A stretch of 32,000 bases of DNA from Gemmata obscuriglobus (GCF_008065095.1 NZ_CP042911.1:3330001-3362000), one strand, 5' to 3'; positions 6,273 through 16,384 are shown, numbered from the stretch's first letter. Program-made: numbers and translations. The notes: generated by a model from the sequence alone, not told the origin.

Positions 6273-7973
6273 ATGCGTTACCTCTCGCTGTTGGTTCTTC
6301 TCGTGTGCGCGCCGGCGGCGCGAGCGACCGAGAAACCGAACATCGTCATCGTCCTCACCGACGACATGGGGTTCTCGGATCTCGGTTGCTACGGCGGCGA
6401 GATCAGCACTCCGAATCTCGACGCGCTGGCTGCGAACGGGTTGAGGTTCACGCAGTTCTACAACACCGCGCGGTGCTGCCCGACGCGGGCGTCACTGCTC
6501 ACCGGGCTGTACCCGCACCAGGCGGGCGTCGGTCACATGGTCAACGACAAGGGTGAGAAGTTCCCCGGCTATCGTGGAGACCTGAACAAGAACTGCGTCA
6601 CGCTTGCGGAAGCGGTGAAGCCGGCCGGATACCGCGCGTACGCGGTCGGCAAGTGGCACGTCACGCCCCACACCGGTCCGAAGGCGCCGAACCACAACTG
6701 GCCGCTTCAGCGCGGGTTCGACCGGTACTACGGCACCATCCAGGGCGCCGGGAGCTTCTTCGATCCGGCCTCGCTCACCCGCGACAACACACAGATTTCG
6801 GCGTTCGCGGATCCGGAGTATCAGCCGAAGACCTACTACTACACCGACGCCATCTCCGACCACGCGGTGCGCTTCGTCGCCGATCACGATAAGGAGCACA
6901 AGGACAAACCGCTGCTACTGTACGTCGCCTACACCGCGGCGCACTGGCCGATGCACGCGCTCCCGGAAGACATCGCGAAGTACAAGGGGAAGTACGGGAA
7001 CGGGTACGATCCCGTGCGAAAGGCTCGGTTCGAGAAAGCCGCGAAGCTGGGCCTCATCGACCCCAAGCAGGGGATGGCGCCCGGCGCCGGCGACTGGAAC
7101 GCAGTCGCGGATAAGAACTGGGAGGCCGCCGGGATGGAGGTGTACGCGGCGATGGTGGACCGGATGGACGCGGGCGTTGGGAAGATCGTCGCCGAACTGA
7201 AACGCACCGGGCGGTTCGACAACACGCTGATCCTGTACATGCAGGACAACGGCGGGTGCGCCGAACTTCAGGGGCGCACGGGGAACAAAAACCACCCGAA
7301 CATCGACCGCCCGGAGAAGCCGACCCTCCCGCCGCTGAAGGCCGACGCCCTCTTGCCATCGGGGAGCGTGCCGCCGCAGACCCGTGACGGGTTTCCGGTG
7401 CGCATGGGGCCGAAGGTGATGCCCGGGGCCGCGGACACGTACCTCGCCTACGGCCGCGGGTGGGCCAACGTGTCGAATACCCCGTTCCGCGAATACAAGC
7501 ACTGGGTCCACGAGGGCGGCATCAGCACCCCGCTCATCGCGTCGTGGCCGAAGGGCATTGCCGCGAGGGGCGAGTTGCGCACCCAGCCCGGGCACCTCGT
7601 GGACGTGATGGCGACCTGCATCGAACTGAGCGGCGCGCCGTACCCGGCTGCGGTCGGCGCGCAGGCGATTACACCGCTCGAGGGCAAGAGCCTCGTTCCG
7701 GCGTTCGCGAACAAACCGCTCGCGCGCGAGGCGATCTACTGGGAACACGAGGGCAACCGGGCGGTGCGCGCCGGGGACTGGAAGCTGGTCGCGAAGGGGC
7801 CGGGCGGGAAATGGGAACTGTACAACATCAAGGACGACCGCACCGAGTCGAGCGACCTCGCCGCAAAGCAACCCGACAAGTTAAAGGAACTCGTCGCGAA
7901 GTGGGAGGCGTGGGCCGTTCGCGCGAAGGTCGTCCCGTGGATCTCGACGCCAGAATACAAACTGAGCAAGTGA
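6273..7973 (+). CDS. Secreted arylsulfatase (Cys-type sulfatase family)
   Basis: Signal peptide MRYLSLLVLLVCAPAARA. Metal-binding start IVIVLTDDMGFSDLG. Formylglycine motif CCPTRASLLTG. Shine-Dalgarno gagg precedes the ATG. Confidence 0.9.
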   Translation: MRYLSLLVLLVCAPAARATEKPNIVIVLTDDMGFSDLGCYGGEISTPNLDALAANGLRFTQFYNTARCCPTRASLLTGLYPHQAGVGHMVNDKGEKFPGYRGDLNKNCVTLAEAVKPAGYRAYAVGKWHVTPHTGPKAPNHNWPLQRGFDRYYGTIQGAGSFFDPASLTRDNTQISAFADPEYQPKTYYYTDAISDHAVRFVADHDKEHKDKPLLLYVAYTAAHWPMHALPEDIAKYKGKYGNGYDPVRKARFEKAAKLGLIDPKQGMAPGAGDWNAVADKNWEAAGMEVYAAMVDRMDAGVGKIVAELKRTGRFDNTLILYMQDNGGCAELQGRTGNKNHPNIDRPEKPTLPPLKADALLPSGSVPPQTRDGFPVRMGPKVMPGAADTYLAYGRGWANVSNTPFREYKHWVHEGGISTPLIASWPKGIAARGELRTQPGHLVDVMATCIELSGAPYPAAVGAQAITPLEGKSLVPAFANKPLAREAIYWEHEGNRAVRAGDWKLVAKGPGGKWELYNIKDDRTESSDLAAKQPDKLKELVAKWEAWAVRAKVVPWISTPEYKLSK

Positions 7974-7992
7974 TTCCTTTCTGAGGTTTGCT

Positions 7993-8940
7993 ATGCGACT
8001 TCTCCTCGCCTTAACAGCCCTGGCCGTTGCGGCGGTGCCAGTGGCTTCCGCCGCCGATTCCAAACACCCCGGCTACCGCATCCTCGCGCAGGACAAGGGG
8101 CACGTTGCGATCGTCGGCGCCGACGGCAAAGTGGAATGGGAGATCGAGTGCAAGCACAACTCCCACGACGCTCACCTGCTCCCGAACGGCAACCTGCTGC
8201 TCCACACCGCGCCGACCGTGGTGACCGAGTACACGCCCAAGAAGGAAGTGGTTTGGAAGTACGACGCGAAGCAGAAGGAGGGTTACAAGGGGCGCGTGGA
8301 GGTTCACGCCTTCCAGCGCCTCGCCGACGGTAACACGCTGGTCGCCGAGAGCGGCAACCGGCGCATCGTTGAGGTGAACAAGGACGGCAAGATCGTGAAG
8401 GAGATCGCCCTCCAGGTGAACCGCCCGGACCCGCACCGCGACACCCGCATGGTCCGCAAGCTCGACACCGGTAACTACCTCGTGTGCCACGAGGGCGATG
8501 GCGCGGTGCGCGAGTACGACACGGCCGGGAAAATCGTGTGGGAGTACAAGCTCGACCTGGGCGGGCGCAAGGAGTCGCCCGGCCACGGCCCCGAGGGGCA
8601 CGGAACCGCGGTGTACGGCGCCATCCGACTTGCGAACGGCAACACGCTGATTTCCGGCGGTAACAACAACCGCGTGCTCGAAGTCGATAAGGACGGGAAG
8701 ATCGTGTGGAGCATCGACCAGAAGGAGCTGGACGGGATCACGCTGGCGTGGGTGACGACGCTGCACGTCCTGCCGAACGGGAACGTGATCGTCGGCAACT
8801 GCCACGCCGGCGACGGGAACCCGCAACTGTTCGAGGTGACGCGCGACAAGAAGGTGGTCTGGCGGTTCAAGGACTTCCGTACCTTCGGTAACAGCTTGGC
8901 CGCCGCGCACGTGCTCGACATCAAGGACGTGCGCCGCTGA
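7993..8940 (+). CDS. Secreted beta-propeller repeat protein (PQQ-like/BamB-like repeats by eye)
   Basis: Signal peptide MRLLLALTALAVAAVPVASA. Six recurring blades have the core DGK(I/V)VWE: DGKVEWE, KKEVVWKY, DGKIVKEI, AGKIVWEY, DGKIVWSI, DKKVVWRF. Confidence 0.75.
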   Translation: MRLLLALTALAVAAVPVASAADSKHPGYRILAQDKGHVAIVGADGKVEWEIECKHNSHDAHLLPNGNLLLHTAPTVVTEYTPKKEVVWKYDAKQKEGYKGRVEVHAFQRLADGNTLVAESGNRRIVEVNKDGKIVKEIALQVNRPDPHRDTRMVRKLDTGNYLVCHEGDGAVREYDTAGKIVWEYKLDLGGRKESPGHGPEGHGTAVYGAIRLANGNTLISGGNNNRVLEVDKDGKIVWSIDQKELDGITLAWVTTLHVLPNGNVIVGNCHAGDGNPQLFEVTRDKKVVWRFKDFRTFGNSLAAAHVLDIKDVRR

Positions 8941-9095
8941 GCGACAGCAAAGAACTCGTCGGCGAGGAGGACGGTCCGAACGGGCGACCCTCGCTCGCCG
9001 TGGGCCAAAGGTCGACGCGCTCCCGCAACCATAGAAAAACAACTGCCGCAGGGCAGGGTGTAAGTTAACCAGGAGTCGCCCCGGGAACGCCTCTC

Positions 9096-9584
9096 ATGGC
9101 CGAAGACCTTCGCGCCGCACTGAACCGCGCCCTCTGCGATGAACTCGACGCAGCATTGTCGCGAATTAATCACTGCGTCGGTCAGCTCACCGACGCCCAG
9201 GTGTGGTGGCGCCCGCCCGAAGGCACGAACGCCATCGGGAACTTGGTCCTGCACCTCGCAGGCAACATCCGGCAAATGATCCATGCCAACCTCACCGGCG
9301 CGGAAGACACCCGCAACCGGCCGGCCGAGTTTGAGGCCCGCGATGCGGCCCCGAAAGACGTGCTCCTGGCAACGATAACCTCGGCCGTCGCCCTTGCTCG
9401 CGACGCCGTCACCGGCGCGACCGACGAGCGGCTGACCGAACGGCGGCGGGTAAACAACTTCGACTGGACCGGCATTGAGGCCGTGGTCCGCAGCGTCGCC
9501 CACTTCCGCGGGCACACGCAGGAAATCATCCACATCACCCGGACCGTCCTCGGCGACGCGTACCAGTTCGCCGGGGCACGCTGA
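9096..9584 (+). CDS. DinB-family (DUF1572-like) four-helix-bundle protein
   Basis: Pattern typical of the DinB superfamily: GNLVLHLAGNIRQMI ... VAHFRGHTQEIIHI (His triad positions). Confidence 0.75.
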   Translation: MAEDLRAALNRALCDELDAALSRINHCVGQLTDAQVWWRPPEGTNAIGNLVLHLAGNIRQMIHANLTGAEDTRNRPAEFEARDAAPKDVLLATITSAVALARDAVTGATDERLTERRRVNNFDWTGIEAVVRSVAHFRGHTQEIIHITRTVLGDAYQFAGAR

Positions 9585-9597
9585 AAGGATTCCGCCA

Positions 9598-10164
9598 ATG
9601 GGTGAGACACGGGAAGGGCCGCAACCGGCCACCCCCGACGAGGTGAACCGGCTCTGGGCGCACGGGATGCACGAGGAGCGGCTGTTCCACGACCGTCTCA
9701 ACTACTTCTCCTTCCTGGAAATGGGGCTGCTGACCATTTGCGGGATCATGTACAACAAGGAGTCGGCGATCGGGTTCTTCCTGCCCATCACCGTCGTCGG
9801 GATGCTGTTCACGTTCTTGTGGTTCGTGATCCAGCGGCGGCACTGGGCCTACTGCGTCCACGTCAACGAGCGCATCAAGCACCTTGTGCCCGAGTACAAA
9901 GCCACACTGGAAGCCTGTGCCGGGAAGCGCGGCGGGCTGTCCATCTCGGCGCCGCTCGCGCTGTCGGTCCCGGCTCTGTTCGCTCTGACATGGGTCGCGT
10001 TCCTCACGTGGATTCTGTTCCGCGACCGTCCGGCCCCGACCGCGGACGGCCTGACCGTCGAGCGGGTTATACTGGTGCTGATCGCCGGCGCGATCGGGTG
10101 GCTCGTTTACCGCATGCGGCACTTGGAGCGCGCGGTCCGGTCCCATTGGCAGATGCGGAAGTGA
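9598..10164 (+). CDS. Hypothetical integral membrane protein (about 4 TM)
   Basis: ATG at 9598 lies 14 nt after the DinB stop. Hydrophobic helices include LLTICGIMY, FFLPITVVGMLFTFLWFVI, APLALSVPALFALTWVAFLTWILF and VILVLIAGAIGWLVY. The longer ORF from 9475 overlaps the DinB gene and was not used. Confidence 0.6.
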   Translation: MGETREGPQPATPDEVNRLWAHGMHEERLFHDRLNYFSFLEMGLLTICGIMYNKESAIGFFLPITVVGMLFTFLWFVIQRRHWAYCVHVNERIKHLVPEYKATLEACAGKRGGLSISAPLALSVPALFALTWVAFLTWILFRDRPAPTADGLTVERVILVLIAGAIGWLVYRMRHLERAVRSHWQMRK

Positions 10165-10215
10165 GAGCCGCGCATGGCACACCCTGACGGACCCGCATGA
10201 CGATGACGATTACGT

Positions 10216-11220
10216 TCACCACCCGTCGGGGAATGTGGCGTTGGGGAAGATCGCCTGCGCGTCGCGCAACAACTCGCGCCGGCCCGCCGCGTCGTAGCGG
10301 TCCGAGAAGTGGAACAGGATCAGCCGACCGATCTCGGCGCGCGCCGCCATCGTCGCAACCTCTTCGCTCGTCGAGTGCTTCACCGCATCGGCGAGGTCCG
10401 TGTCAGTCGCCCGGTACTGGCTCTCACACACCACCGTCGTCACGCCGCGGAGCCACGCCGCGAGTACATTGGCGGTGGCCGGCGTGAGCCGGAAATCCGT
10501 CAAATACGCGATCGACGCCCCGCGCGTCGTTACCAGCACTTCCCGTTGCAGCGCGGCGAGGTCGTGGGCGGTGCCGTTCACCTCAATGGTCTCGCCCGGT
10601 CGGGCCGGCGCCCCTCGCAGCCGTTTCAGCCAGGGACCGGGCGCGAACCCTTTCGCGGCGAGCACCGCGGTATCGACGTTCACCCGATCGTGTTCGCGCA
10701 CCAAGTACCCCACCGATGGTGTCCCGTGGTCGAGGAGCGTGGCTTCGAGCGTGAAGCCGTCTCCTTCGAGGATTTCACGGCCGTACCGTGTCAGTTCCGA
10801 CCGAGGGTGCGCTGTGCGAAACGCCTCTTTGGTGAGGTAACGAGTGGTGCGAACCGTCTCCGGCGCCACCTCCGACACGAGCCACTCGCCCTGTTGCTTC
10901 TCGTCCACGAGGTTCCACATGAACCCGCGGAACCGGTTCTGAATGATCTCCGCGCTGCCGTGCGGCACCCAGATGCGGTTCTCCTTGGCCGTGCGGTCGA
11001 AGTTGATGCGGAAGAACAGGTCGAACCCGGCCACATGATCCATGTGCAGGTGCGAGAAGCAGAGGTGGTCGACCTCGCGCAACTCGGACGGGCCGAGCTG
11101 GTGCGGGCACCCGTCGCCGCAGTCGAACAGCAGCCGGGTCTGGGACTGGCCGGTGTCGACCTTCACGAACAGCGCGTTGTCCCGCTGCGGCCCGCCCAGC
11201 ACTTCAAACGTCAGGGGCAT
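10216..11220 (-). CDS. MBL-fold metallo-hydrolase (RNase Z-like)
   Basis: HxHxDH motif in CFSHLHMDHVAGFD; typical beta-lactamase-fold N-terminus LLFDCGDGC. Confidence 0.85.
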   Translation of the reverse strand: MPLTFEVLGGPQRDNALFVKVDTGQSQTRLLFDCGDGCPHQLGPSELREVDHLCFSHLHMDHVAGFDLFFRINFDRTAKENRIWVPHGSAEIIQNRFRGFMWNLVDEKQQGEWLVSEVAPETVRTTRYLTKEAFRTAHPRSELTRYGREILEGDGFTLEATLLDHGTPSVGYLVREHDRVNVDTAVLAAKGFAPGPWLKRLRGAPARPGETIEVNGTAHDLAALQREVLVTTRGASIAYLTDFRLTPATANVLAAWLRGVTTVVCESQYRATDTDLADAVKHSTSEEVATMAARAEIGRLILFHFSDRYDAAGRRELLRDAQAIFPNATFPDGW

Positions 11221-11268
11221 GACCTTTACTCAATGCTCAAGAGAAAGAGCTATTTCCCAAATAAGGCC

Positions 11269-11380
11269 GTGTTCACCGCAGAGGGCGGAGAGAAAACAGG
11301 AGATGCTTGGGAAAACAAAGCCGTTCACTCGCTCTTCTGTTTTCATCTCTGCGCCCTCTCGTGCCCTCTGCGGTGAACAC
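11269..11380. repeat. REP-like intergenic palindrome
   Basis: Perfect 18-bp inverted repeat gtgttcaccgcagagggc (11269-11286) / gccctctgcggtgaacac (11363-11380), with a nested imperfect repeat (gagagaaaacag / ctgttttcatctc). It sits between two same-strand genes. Confidence 0.65.
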
Positions 11381-11399
11381 CTCTTAAATTGGCGTCTCG

Positions 11400-12182
11400 T
11401 CAGCCCGGGCGTTCCTCGAACCGCAGGTGGCGGACCGACGTGCCGAAGTCGCGCAGCTCCATCAGGGCCGTGATCCCGAGATCCAGGTGCTTGCGAACGT
11501 ACATCTCGGTCACGGTAGCGTCGCTCTTGGAGGTCTTCACGCCCTCCGGCGTCATCGGGTTGTCGGACACCAGCAGGAGGGCGCCTTTCGGAATCCGGTT
11601 CACGAACCCGACCACGTAAATCGTGGCGGTCTCCATGTCGATGGCGCTGGCCCGGATGTCGCGCAGGTACTGTTTGAACCGCTCGTCGTGCTCCCACACC
11701 CGGCGGTTGGTGGTGTACACGGTGCCGGACCAGTAATCGACGTCGTGCTTGCTGCTGGCCGCCGCCACCGCCGCCTGGAGGCGGAACGACGGCAGCGCGG
11801 GCACTTCCGCCGGCAGATAGTCGTGGCTCGTGCCCTCGCCGCGGATCGCCGCGATGGGGAGGATGAAGTCGCCGACCTTGATGCTTTTGAGCCCGCCGCA
11901 TTTGCCGAGAAACAGCACCCCCTTGGGTTCGATCGCGGAAAGCAGGTCCATGACCGTTGCGGCCATTGCGCTGCCCATGCCGAAGTTGAGAATGGTGATG
12001 TTCTCGGCGGTCGCAGAGGTCATCGGCCGGTCGCGGCCCATGACCTCGACGCCGTAGCGTTCGGCGAACAGGTCGACGTAGTGGGCGAAGTTGGTCAGCA
12101 GGATGTACTTCCCGAACTGCTCGATCGGCCGCCCGGTGTACCGCGGCAACCAGTCCAGCACGATCTCCGCTTTGGTCTTCAA
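11400..12182 (-). CDS. Nucleoside phosphorylase superfamily protein, short AMP-nucleosidase-like
   Basis: TTG start. N-terminus MKTKAEIVLDWLPRYTG and core NFGMGSAMAATVMDLL ... FLGKCGGL ... DMETATI resemble the PNP_UDP_1/AMP nucleosidase family. Confidence 0.75.
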   Translation of the reverse strand: MKTKAEIVLDWLPRYTGRPIEQFGKYILLTNFAHYVDLFAERYGVEVMGRDRPMTSATAENITILNFGMGSAMAATVMDLLSAIEPKGVLFLGKCGGLKSIKVGDFILPIAAIRGEGTSHDYLPAEVPALPSFRLQAAVAAASSKHDVDYWSGTVYTTNRRVWEHDERFKQYLRDIRASAIDMETATIYVVGFVNRIPKGALLLVSDNPMTPEGVKTSKSDATVTEMYVRKHLDLGITALMELRDFGTSVRHLRFEERPG

Positions 12183-12836
12183 GACGCGGGCCTCCGGGGA
12201 TCGAGTTCCGCACGCCGGGCGTTCCGCCGTGCATCGTCATCAGGTCGACTTCAGTCGTTTAAACGGCTCTACGTTCGGGGCAATGCTGCGGGCGGCGGGA
12301 ACCGATCGTAAGGGTGAATGCCGCAAGTTATTCAAAATTCAAGCTTTGTAGCTGCCTGTCCCGGTGACGGGTGTCGCCACCACCCGGTCGCGCGTACCAC
12401 CTTTGAGGATTGCACACGCGATTCCCGGGTAGCAACCTGGCATCGAACGGGTAGCGAACGGCCAGCGTTCCGCCCGCGAGTGTCCCGTCCGCGCCCCACC
12501 GGCGGGGCTGCAGAAGGCGCTTTACACCACGACTCCATGAACCCTGGTGTCGGCGCGTCCGGGCGCGCATCGGACCGGCACGGGCGACTCGCCCGACCAT
12601 CGCTCGTACACGCCACCACCACGCCGGCCCGGTAACCGCGCTCTCCCAATAGTACCGATGGCAGGAGCGGGTGTCGGCGGCGAATCGCGCCTCCTGATCG
12701 CATCGATTCGCCGACCGGACTACTTCGGTCGTACAGGGGACCGGGACCGTGATTACTCCTCCATTCAATGCGGTTGGAGCTGTTGTGTCGTGTGCCGTGG
12801 GTTGGTACGATTGGCGAGGGGTGGGGAGCCGAGCCG

Positions 12837-13409
12837 ATGCCGAATACGCCGAACGTCAAGTACTTCAAGCGACACCGGATGGAGCTGGCGTTGCGGCACC
12901 CGGTGCCTCCGTGGACCTTGCCGGCGGGCTTCTCGTGGGTCCCCTGGAGCGACGCGCTGCTGGCCATGCACGCCGAGGTGAAGTACCAGAGCTTCCACAG
13001 CGAGACGGACGCGTTCGTGTTTCCCTCGCTCGGCACCCGTACCGGCTGCCACGACCTGATGGCCGCGATCCGGTACCGCCCCGATTTTTGCCCGCAGGCG
13101 ACGTGGCTGCTCGCCGCGCCCAACGGCTACGCGGGCACCGTCCAGGGGCTGTTCGACGAGAACCGCCACGGCGGGATTCAGAACCTCGGCGTGGTGCCCG
13201 AGTACCGCGGGCGCGGGCTCGGTCGCGCGCTGCTGTTGCGGGCGCTCGAGGGGTTTCACTCGGTTGGTGTGCGGCACGCGTTCCTGGAGGTGACCGCGAC
13301 CAACGCCTCCGCGGTCCACACGTACCGCTCCGTCGGCTTCCGGTCGGTGAAGACACTCTACCGGGCGGTCGAACTGCCGGACCCGGACACCGCGGGCGTT
13401 GGGTTGTGA
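12837..13409 (+). CDS. GNAT-family N-acetyltransferase
   Basis: Acetyl-CoA binding motif LGVVPEYRGRGLGRALL. ATG at 12837 is preceded by ggggag. The 12768 start is possible but less likely. Confidence 0.8.
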   Translation: MPNTPNVKYFKRHRMELALRHPVPPWTLPAGFSWVPWSDALLAMHAEVKYQSFHSETDAFVFPSLGTRTGCHDLMAAIRYRPDFCPQATWLLAAPNGYAGTVQGLFDENRHGGIQNLGVVPEYRGRGLGRALLLRALEGFHSVGVRHAFLEVTATNASAVHTYRSVGFRSVKTLYRAVELPDPDTAGVGL

Positions 13410-13471
13410 CGCGTCGGTTCGTAGAATGCCGAACGCACCGATCCGCCGCGCATGGAACAGGATGGCCCGTC

Positions 13472-14707
13472 GTGGGACAACAGGTCTACCAGCACACGCT
13501 TTCGAACGGCCTGGTGTTGTTGGCGGAACGCATGGATCACGTGCGTTCGGTCGCCGTCAACTTCCTCATTCCCGCGGGCGCGGCGTTCGATCCCGACGGT
13601 CAGTTCGGGATCGCGAGCGTGCTCGCCGAGATGCTGACCCGCGGCGCCGGTGAGCGCGACAGCCGCCAACTGTCCCTCGCGCTCGACAACCTCGGCGTGG
13701 ACCGCAGTGAGAGCGCCGGGGTGGTGAACCTGCGGCTCGGCGGTTCGGCGCTGGCCCGCAACGTTCTCCCGCTGCTCGACATCTACGCCGACATCCTGCT
13801 CCGCCCGCGGCTTCCGGAGGAGGAGCTTGAGCCGGTCCAGTCGCTCGCCCTGCAGGAGATCGAGAGCCTAGAGGACTCGCCGCAGGGTAAGGTGATGGTG
13901 GAGCTGCACCGCCGGCACTACCCGGCGCCGCTGAACAAGGACCGCCGCGGCCGCGCCGAGGACCTCGAGTCGCTCACCATCCAGGCGGTCCGGGCGCAGT
14001 ACGAGAAGTTCATCCGCCCGAACCGCGCGATCCTGTCGGTGGCCGGTAACATCGAGTGGGAGCCGCTGAAGGCGCGCGTGGAGCAACTGTTCGGCGGCTG
14101 GTCGCCCGGCGACATTCCCGACGTGGTGCCGCAACCGCACCAGCCGACATCGGCGCACCTGAACAAGGACTCGGCACAAACGCAGATCGCGTTCGCGTAC
14201 CCGAGCGTGCCGATGGGCCACCCGGACTACTTCGCGGCCCGTGCGGCCGAGGGCGTGTTGTCCGGCGGCATGAGCGCCCGGCTGTTCACGGAGGTGCGTG
14301 AGAAGCGCGGGCTGTGCTACTCGGTCGGGGTGCGGCACGAGACGTTCCGCGACCGCGGCACGATGATCGGTTACGCCGGCACGGGCCCCGACCGTGCGCA
14401 GCAGACGCTCGACGTGACCCTCGCCGAGCTGCGGAAGCTGAAGGACGGCGTGACCGCCGACGAGATCGATCGCGTGAAGGCCGGGCTGAAGTCGTCGCTC
14501 ATCATGGCGGAAGAGTCCACCGGGGCGCGGGCCAGCAGCATCGCCAGCGACTGGTACTTCCTTGGCCGGGTGCGCTCGTTCGACGAGATCCAAGCGGGCA
14601 TCAACGCCCTGACCCCGGCCGCGGTGATGGCCCACCTGGAACGCTACCCGGTGCGCGACGTGACGCTGGTCACGCTCGGGCGCCACCCGCTCACGATCCC
14701 CGCTTGA
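13472..14707 (+). CDS. M16 (pitrilysin) family peptidase subunit lacking the HxxEH zinc motif (likely non-catalytic partner)
   Basis: N-terminus VYQHTLSNGLVLLAERMDHVRSVAVNFLIPAGA is typical of M16. The position of HxxEH reads VLAEML. GTG start chosen at 13472 because the upstream part of the ORF overlaps the GNAT gene in another frame. Confidence 0.8.
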   Translation: MGQQVYQHTLSNGLVLLAERMDHVRSVAVNFLIPAGAAFDPDGQFGIASVLAEMLTRGAGERDSRQLSLALDNLGVDRSESAGVVNLRLGGSALARNVLPLLDIYADILLRPRLPEEELEPVQSLALQEIESLEDSPQGKVMVELHRRHYPAPLNKDRRGRAEDLESLTIQAVRAQYEKFIRPNRAILSVAGNIEWEPLKARVEQLFGGWSPGDIPDVVPQPHQPTSAHLNKDSAQTQIAFAYPSVPMGHPDYFAARAAEGVLSGGMSARLFTEVREKRGLCYSVGVRHETFRDRGTMIGYAGTGPDRAQQTLDVTLAELRKLKDGVTADEIDRVKAGLKSSLIMAEESTGARASSIASDWYFLGRVRSFDEIQAGINALTPAAVMAHLERYPVRDVTLVTLGRHPLTIPA

Positions 14708-14715
14708 GGTTGAGC

Positions 14716-14853
14716 ATGTCGGACCGCACCCGCTCAGTTGTGCACGAGCCGGACGAGATCGCCGCGCCCCTCGTCTTTGTCTACCTGTGTGGCGTGCTCG
14801 TCTGTCTGAGCGCCGCCCTCGCATGGGTGTACCACTTCCGCGGGTACGCCTAG
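14716..14853 (+). CDS. Possible small single-pass membrane protein (45 aa)
   Basis: ATG preceded by gagg. Hydrophobic helix APLVFVYLCGVLVCLSAALAWVY. It fills the gap between the two M16 genes. Support is weak. Confidence 0.3.
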   Translation: MSDRTRSVVHEPDEIAAPLVFVYLCGVLVCLSAALAWVYHFRGYA

Positions 14854-14939
14854 CCAACAAGGGGCCGGGCGCCCCGCACGTGCCACCCGTAACATACCGC
14901 ACCCCCGGTCCGCGCGGCGGGGCTCGCAGAGAGGTTGTC

Positions 14940-16205
14940 ATGCCGTTTCACTCGTACCGCCTTCCGAACGGGCTCCAGATCATCGGCGAAACGAGCCCCG
15001 CCGCGCGGTCCGTCGCGGTCGGGTTCTTCGTGAAGACCGGCGCCCGCGACGAGACCGCCGTTGAAGCCGGGGTGTCGCACTTCCTCGAACACATGATGTT
15101 CAAGGGGACCGCGCGGCGCACCGCCGAGCAGGTGAACCTCGATTTCGACCGCATCGGGGCCAGCAACAACGCCTCCACCAGCGAGGAGAACACCGTCTAC
15201 TACGCCGCGGTGCTGCCCGAGTACCTGCCGCAGGTGGTGGACGTGCTGGCCGACATGCTGCGGCCCAGCTTGCGCCAGGACGACTTCGACACCGAGAAGA
15301 AGGTGATTCTCGAAGAGATCAAGTTGTACGACGACCAACCGGATTCCGTGATGGCGGACCACGCCCGGCGGCTGTACTACAAGTCGCACCCGCTCGGGAA
15401 CTCGGTCCTGGGCACGCTCGAAAGCGTCGGCGCGCTGACCCGCGACCAGATGTACGCCTACTTCTCGCGCCGCTACGCCGCCAACAACATCGTCGTTTCC
15501 GCCGCCGGCAACTTCGACTGGCAGCAGTTCGTCGACCTTGTCACCAAAGCGTGTTCCGAGTGGAACACGGATGTCGTGGGGCGCGACAACCGGACCGAGT
15601 GGGCCGGTGAGCCGGGGTTCCACCTGCTGACGCGGGAGACCGTTCAGCAGCAGTACGCGCTGTTCGTGGGCGGCGGGCCGCCCGCGGACTCGAACATGCG
15701 GTACGCAGCCGACGTGCTGGCGCTGGCCGTCGGCGATTACACCGGCAGCCGGCTGTACTGGGAACTGGTGGACCCGGGGCACGCGGAGTCCGCCGACTTC
15801 GGGTACGCGGAGAACGACGGGAGCGGGGCCATCTTCGTGTCCCTCACGTGCGAGCCCGAGGGCACCGCGGAGAACCTCGAGCGGGTCGAGAAGATCCTGA
15901 AAGAGGTTCAGCGGAACGGGATCACGGACGAAGAGTTCCAGCAGGCGAAGAACAAGATCCTGTCGCGGATCGTGCGCCGGAGCGAGCGCCCGATGGGACG
16001 GATGATGGCGCTGGCGTCGATGTGGACGTACACCGGCGAGTACCGCGATGTGGACACCGAGGTCGCGCGCTTCGACGCGGTTACGCAGGCGGACATTCGG
16101 GCATACCTGGACGCCTACCCGATCGACCGGAACATGGTGGTATCACTCGGGCCGCTGAAGGAGTTGAACGGCGTCACTGGCACCGCCGTTCCAAGTCTCG
16201 GCTGA
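14940..16205 (+). CDS. M16 family zinc metallopeptidase (catalytic subunit)
   Basis: HxxEH motif in GVSHFLEHMMFKG; N-terminus YRLPNGLQIIGE. Confidence 0.9.
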   Translation: MPFHSYRLPNGLQIIGETSPAARSVAVGFFVKTGARDETAVEAGVSHFLEHMMFKGTARRTAEQVNLDFDRIGASNNASTSEENTVYYAAVLPEYLPQVVDVLADMLRPSLRQDDFDTEKKVILEEIKLYDDQPDSVMADHARRLYYKSHPLGNSVLGTLESVGALTRDQMYAYFSRRYAANNIVVSAAGNFDWQQFVDLVTKACSEWNTDVVGRDNRTEWAGEPGFHLLTRETVQQQYALFVGGGPPADSNMRYAADVLALAVGDYTGSRLYWELVDPGHAESADFGYAENDGSGAIFVSLTCEPEGTAENLERVEKILKEVQRNGITDEEFQQAKNKILSRIVRRSERPMGRMMALASMWTYTGEYRDVDTEVARFDAVTQADIRAYLDAYPIDRNMVVSLGPLKELNGVTGTAVPSLG

Positions 16206-16234
16206 TCGCCGCATCCGGCGAGATCAATGCCGTC

Positions 16235-16270
16235 GCGCGCTGGATCAGGTTCGTCCCTGATCCAGCGCGC
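16235..16270 (+). terminator. Hairpin downstream of the M16 operon (15-bp perfect stem, 6-nt loop)
   Basis: gcgcgctggatcagg-ttcgtc-cctgatccagcgcgc, 30 nt after the stop at 16205. No U-tract follows, so terminator function is not established. Confidence 0.4.
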
Positions 16271-16384
16271 CGGATTCCAGTTCCCCAAGTCACACACGCT
16301 GATCCCAGCCGCTTGCGGCTCCTGCGGACCCATCCTTCGCTCCGAGCGAGATGCCAAGAGATGGCAGATGCAGATACGAGGATA

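Noticed and set aside
11230-12311. 336-aa minus-strand and 294-aa plus-strand ORFs overlapping the AMP-nucleosidase-like gene
   Set aside because: They are composition-driven (Arg/Gly/Pro/His-rich). The 260-aa frame shows nucleoside phosphorylase family motifs.
12749-13471. N-terminal 241 codons of the 652-aa ORF that contains the first M16 peptidase
   Set aside because: This part overlaps the GNAT gene in another frame and is Arg/Pro-rich. The M16 homology begins only at the GTG at 13472.
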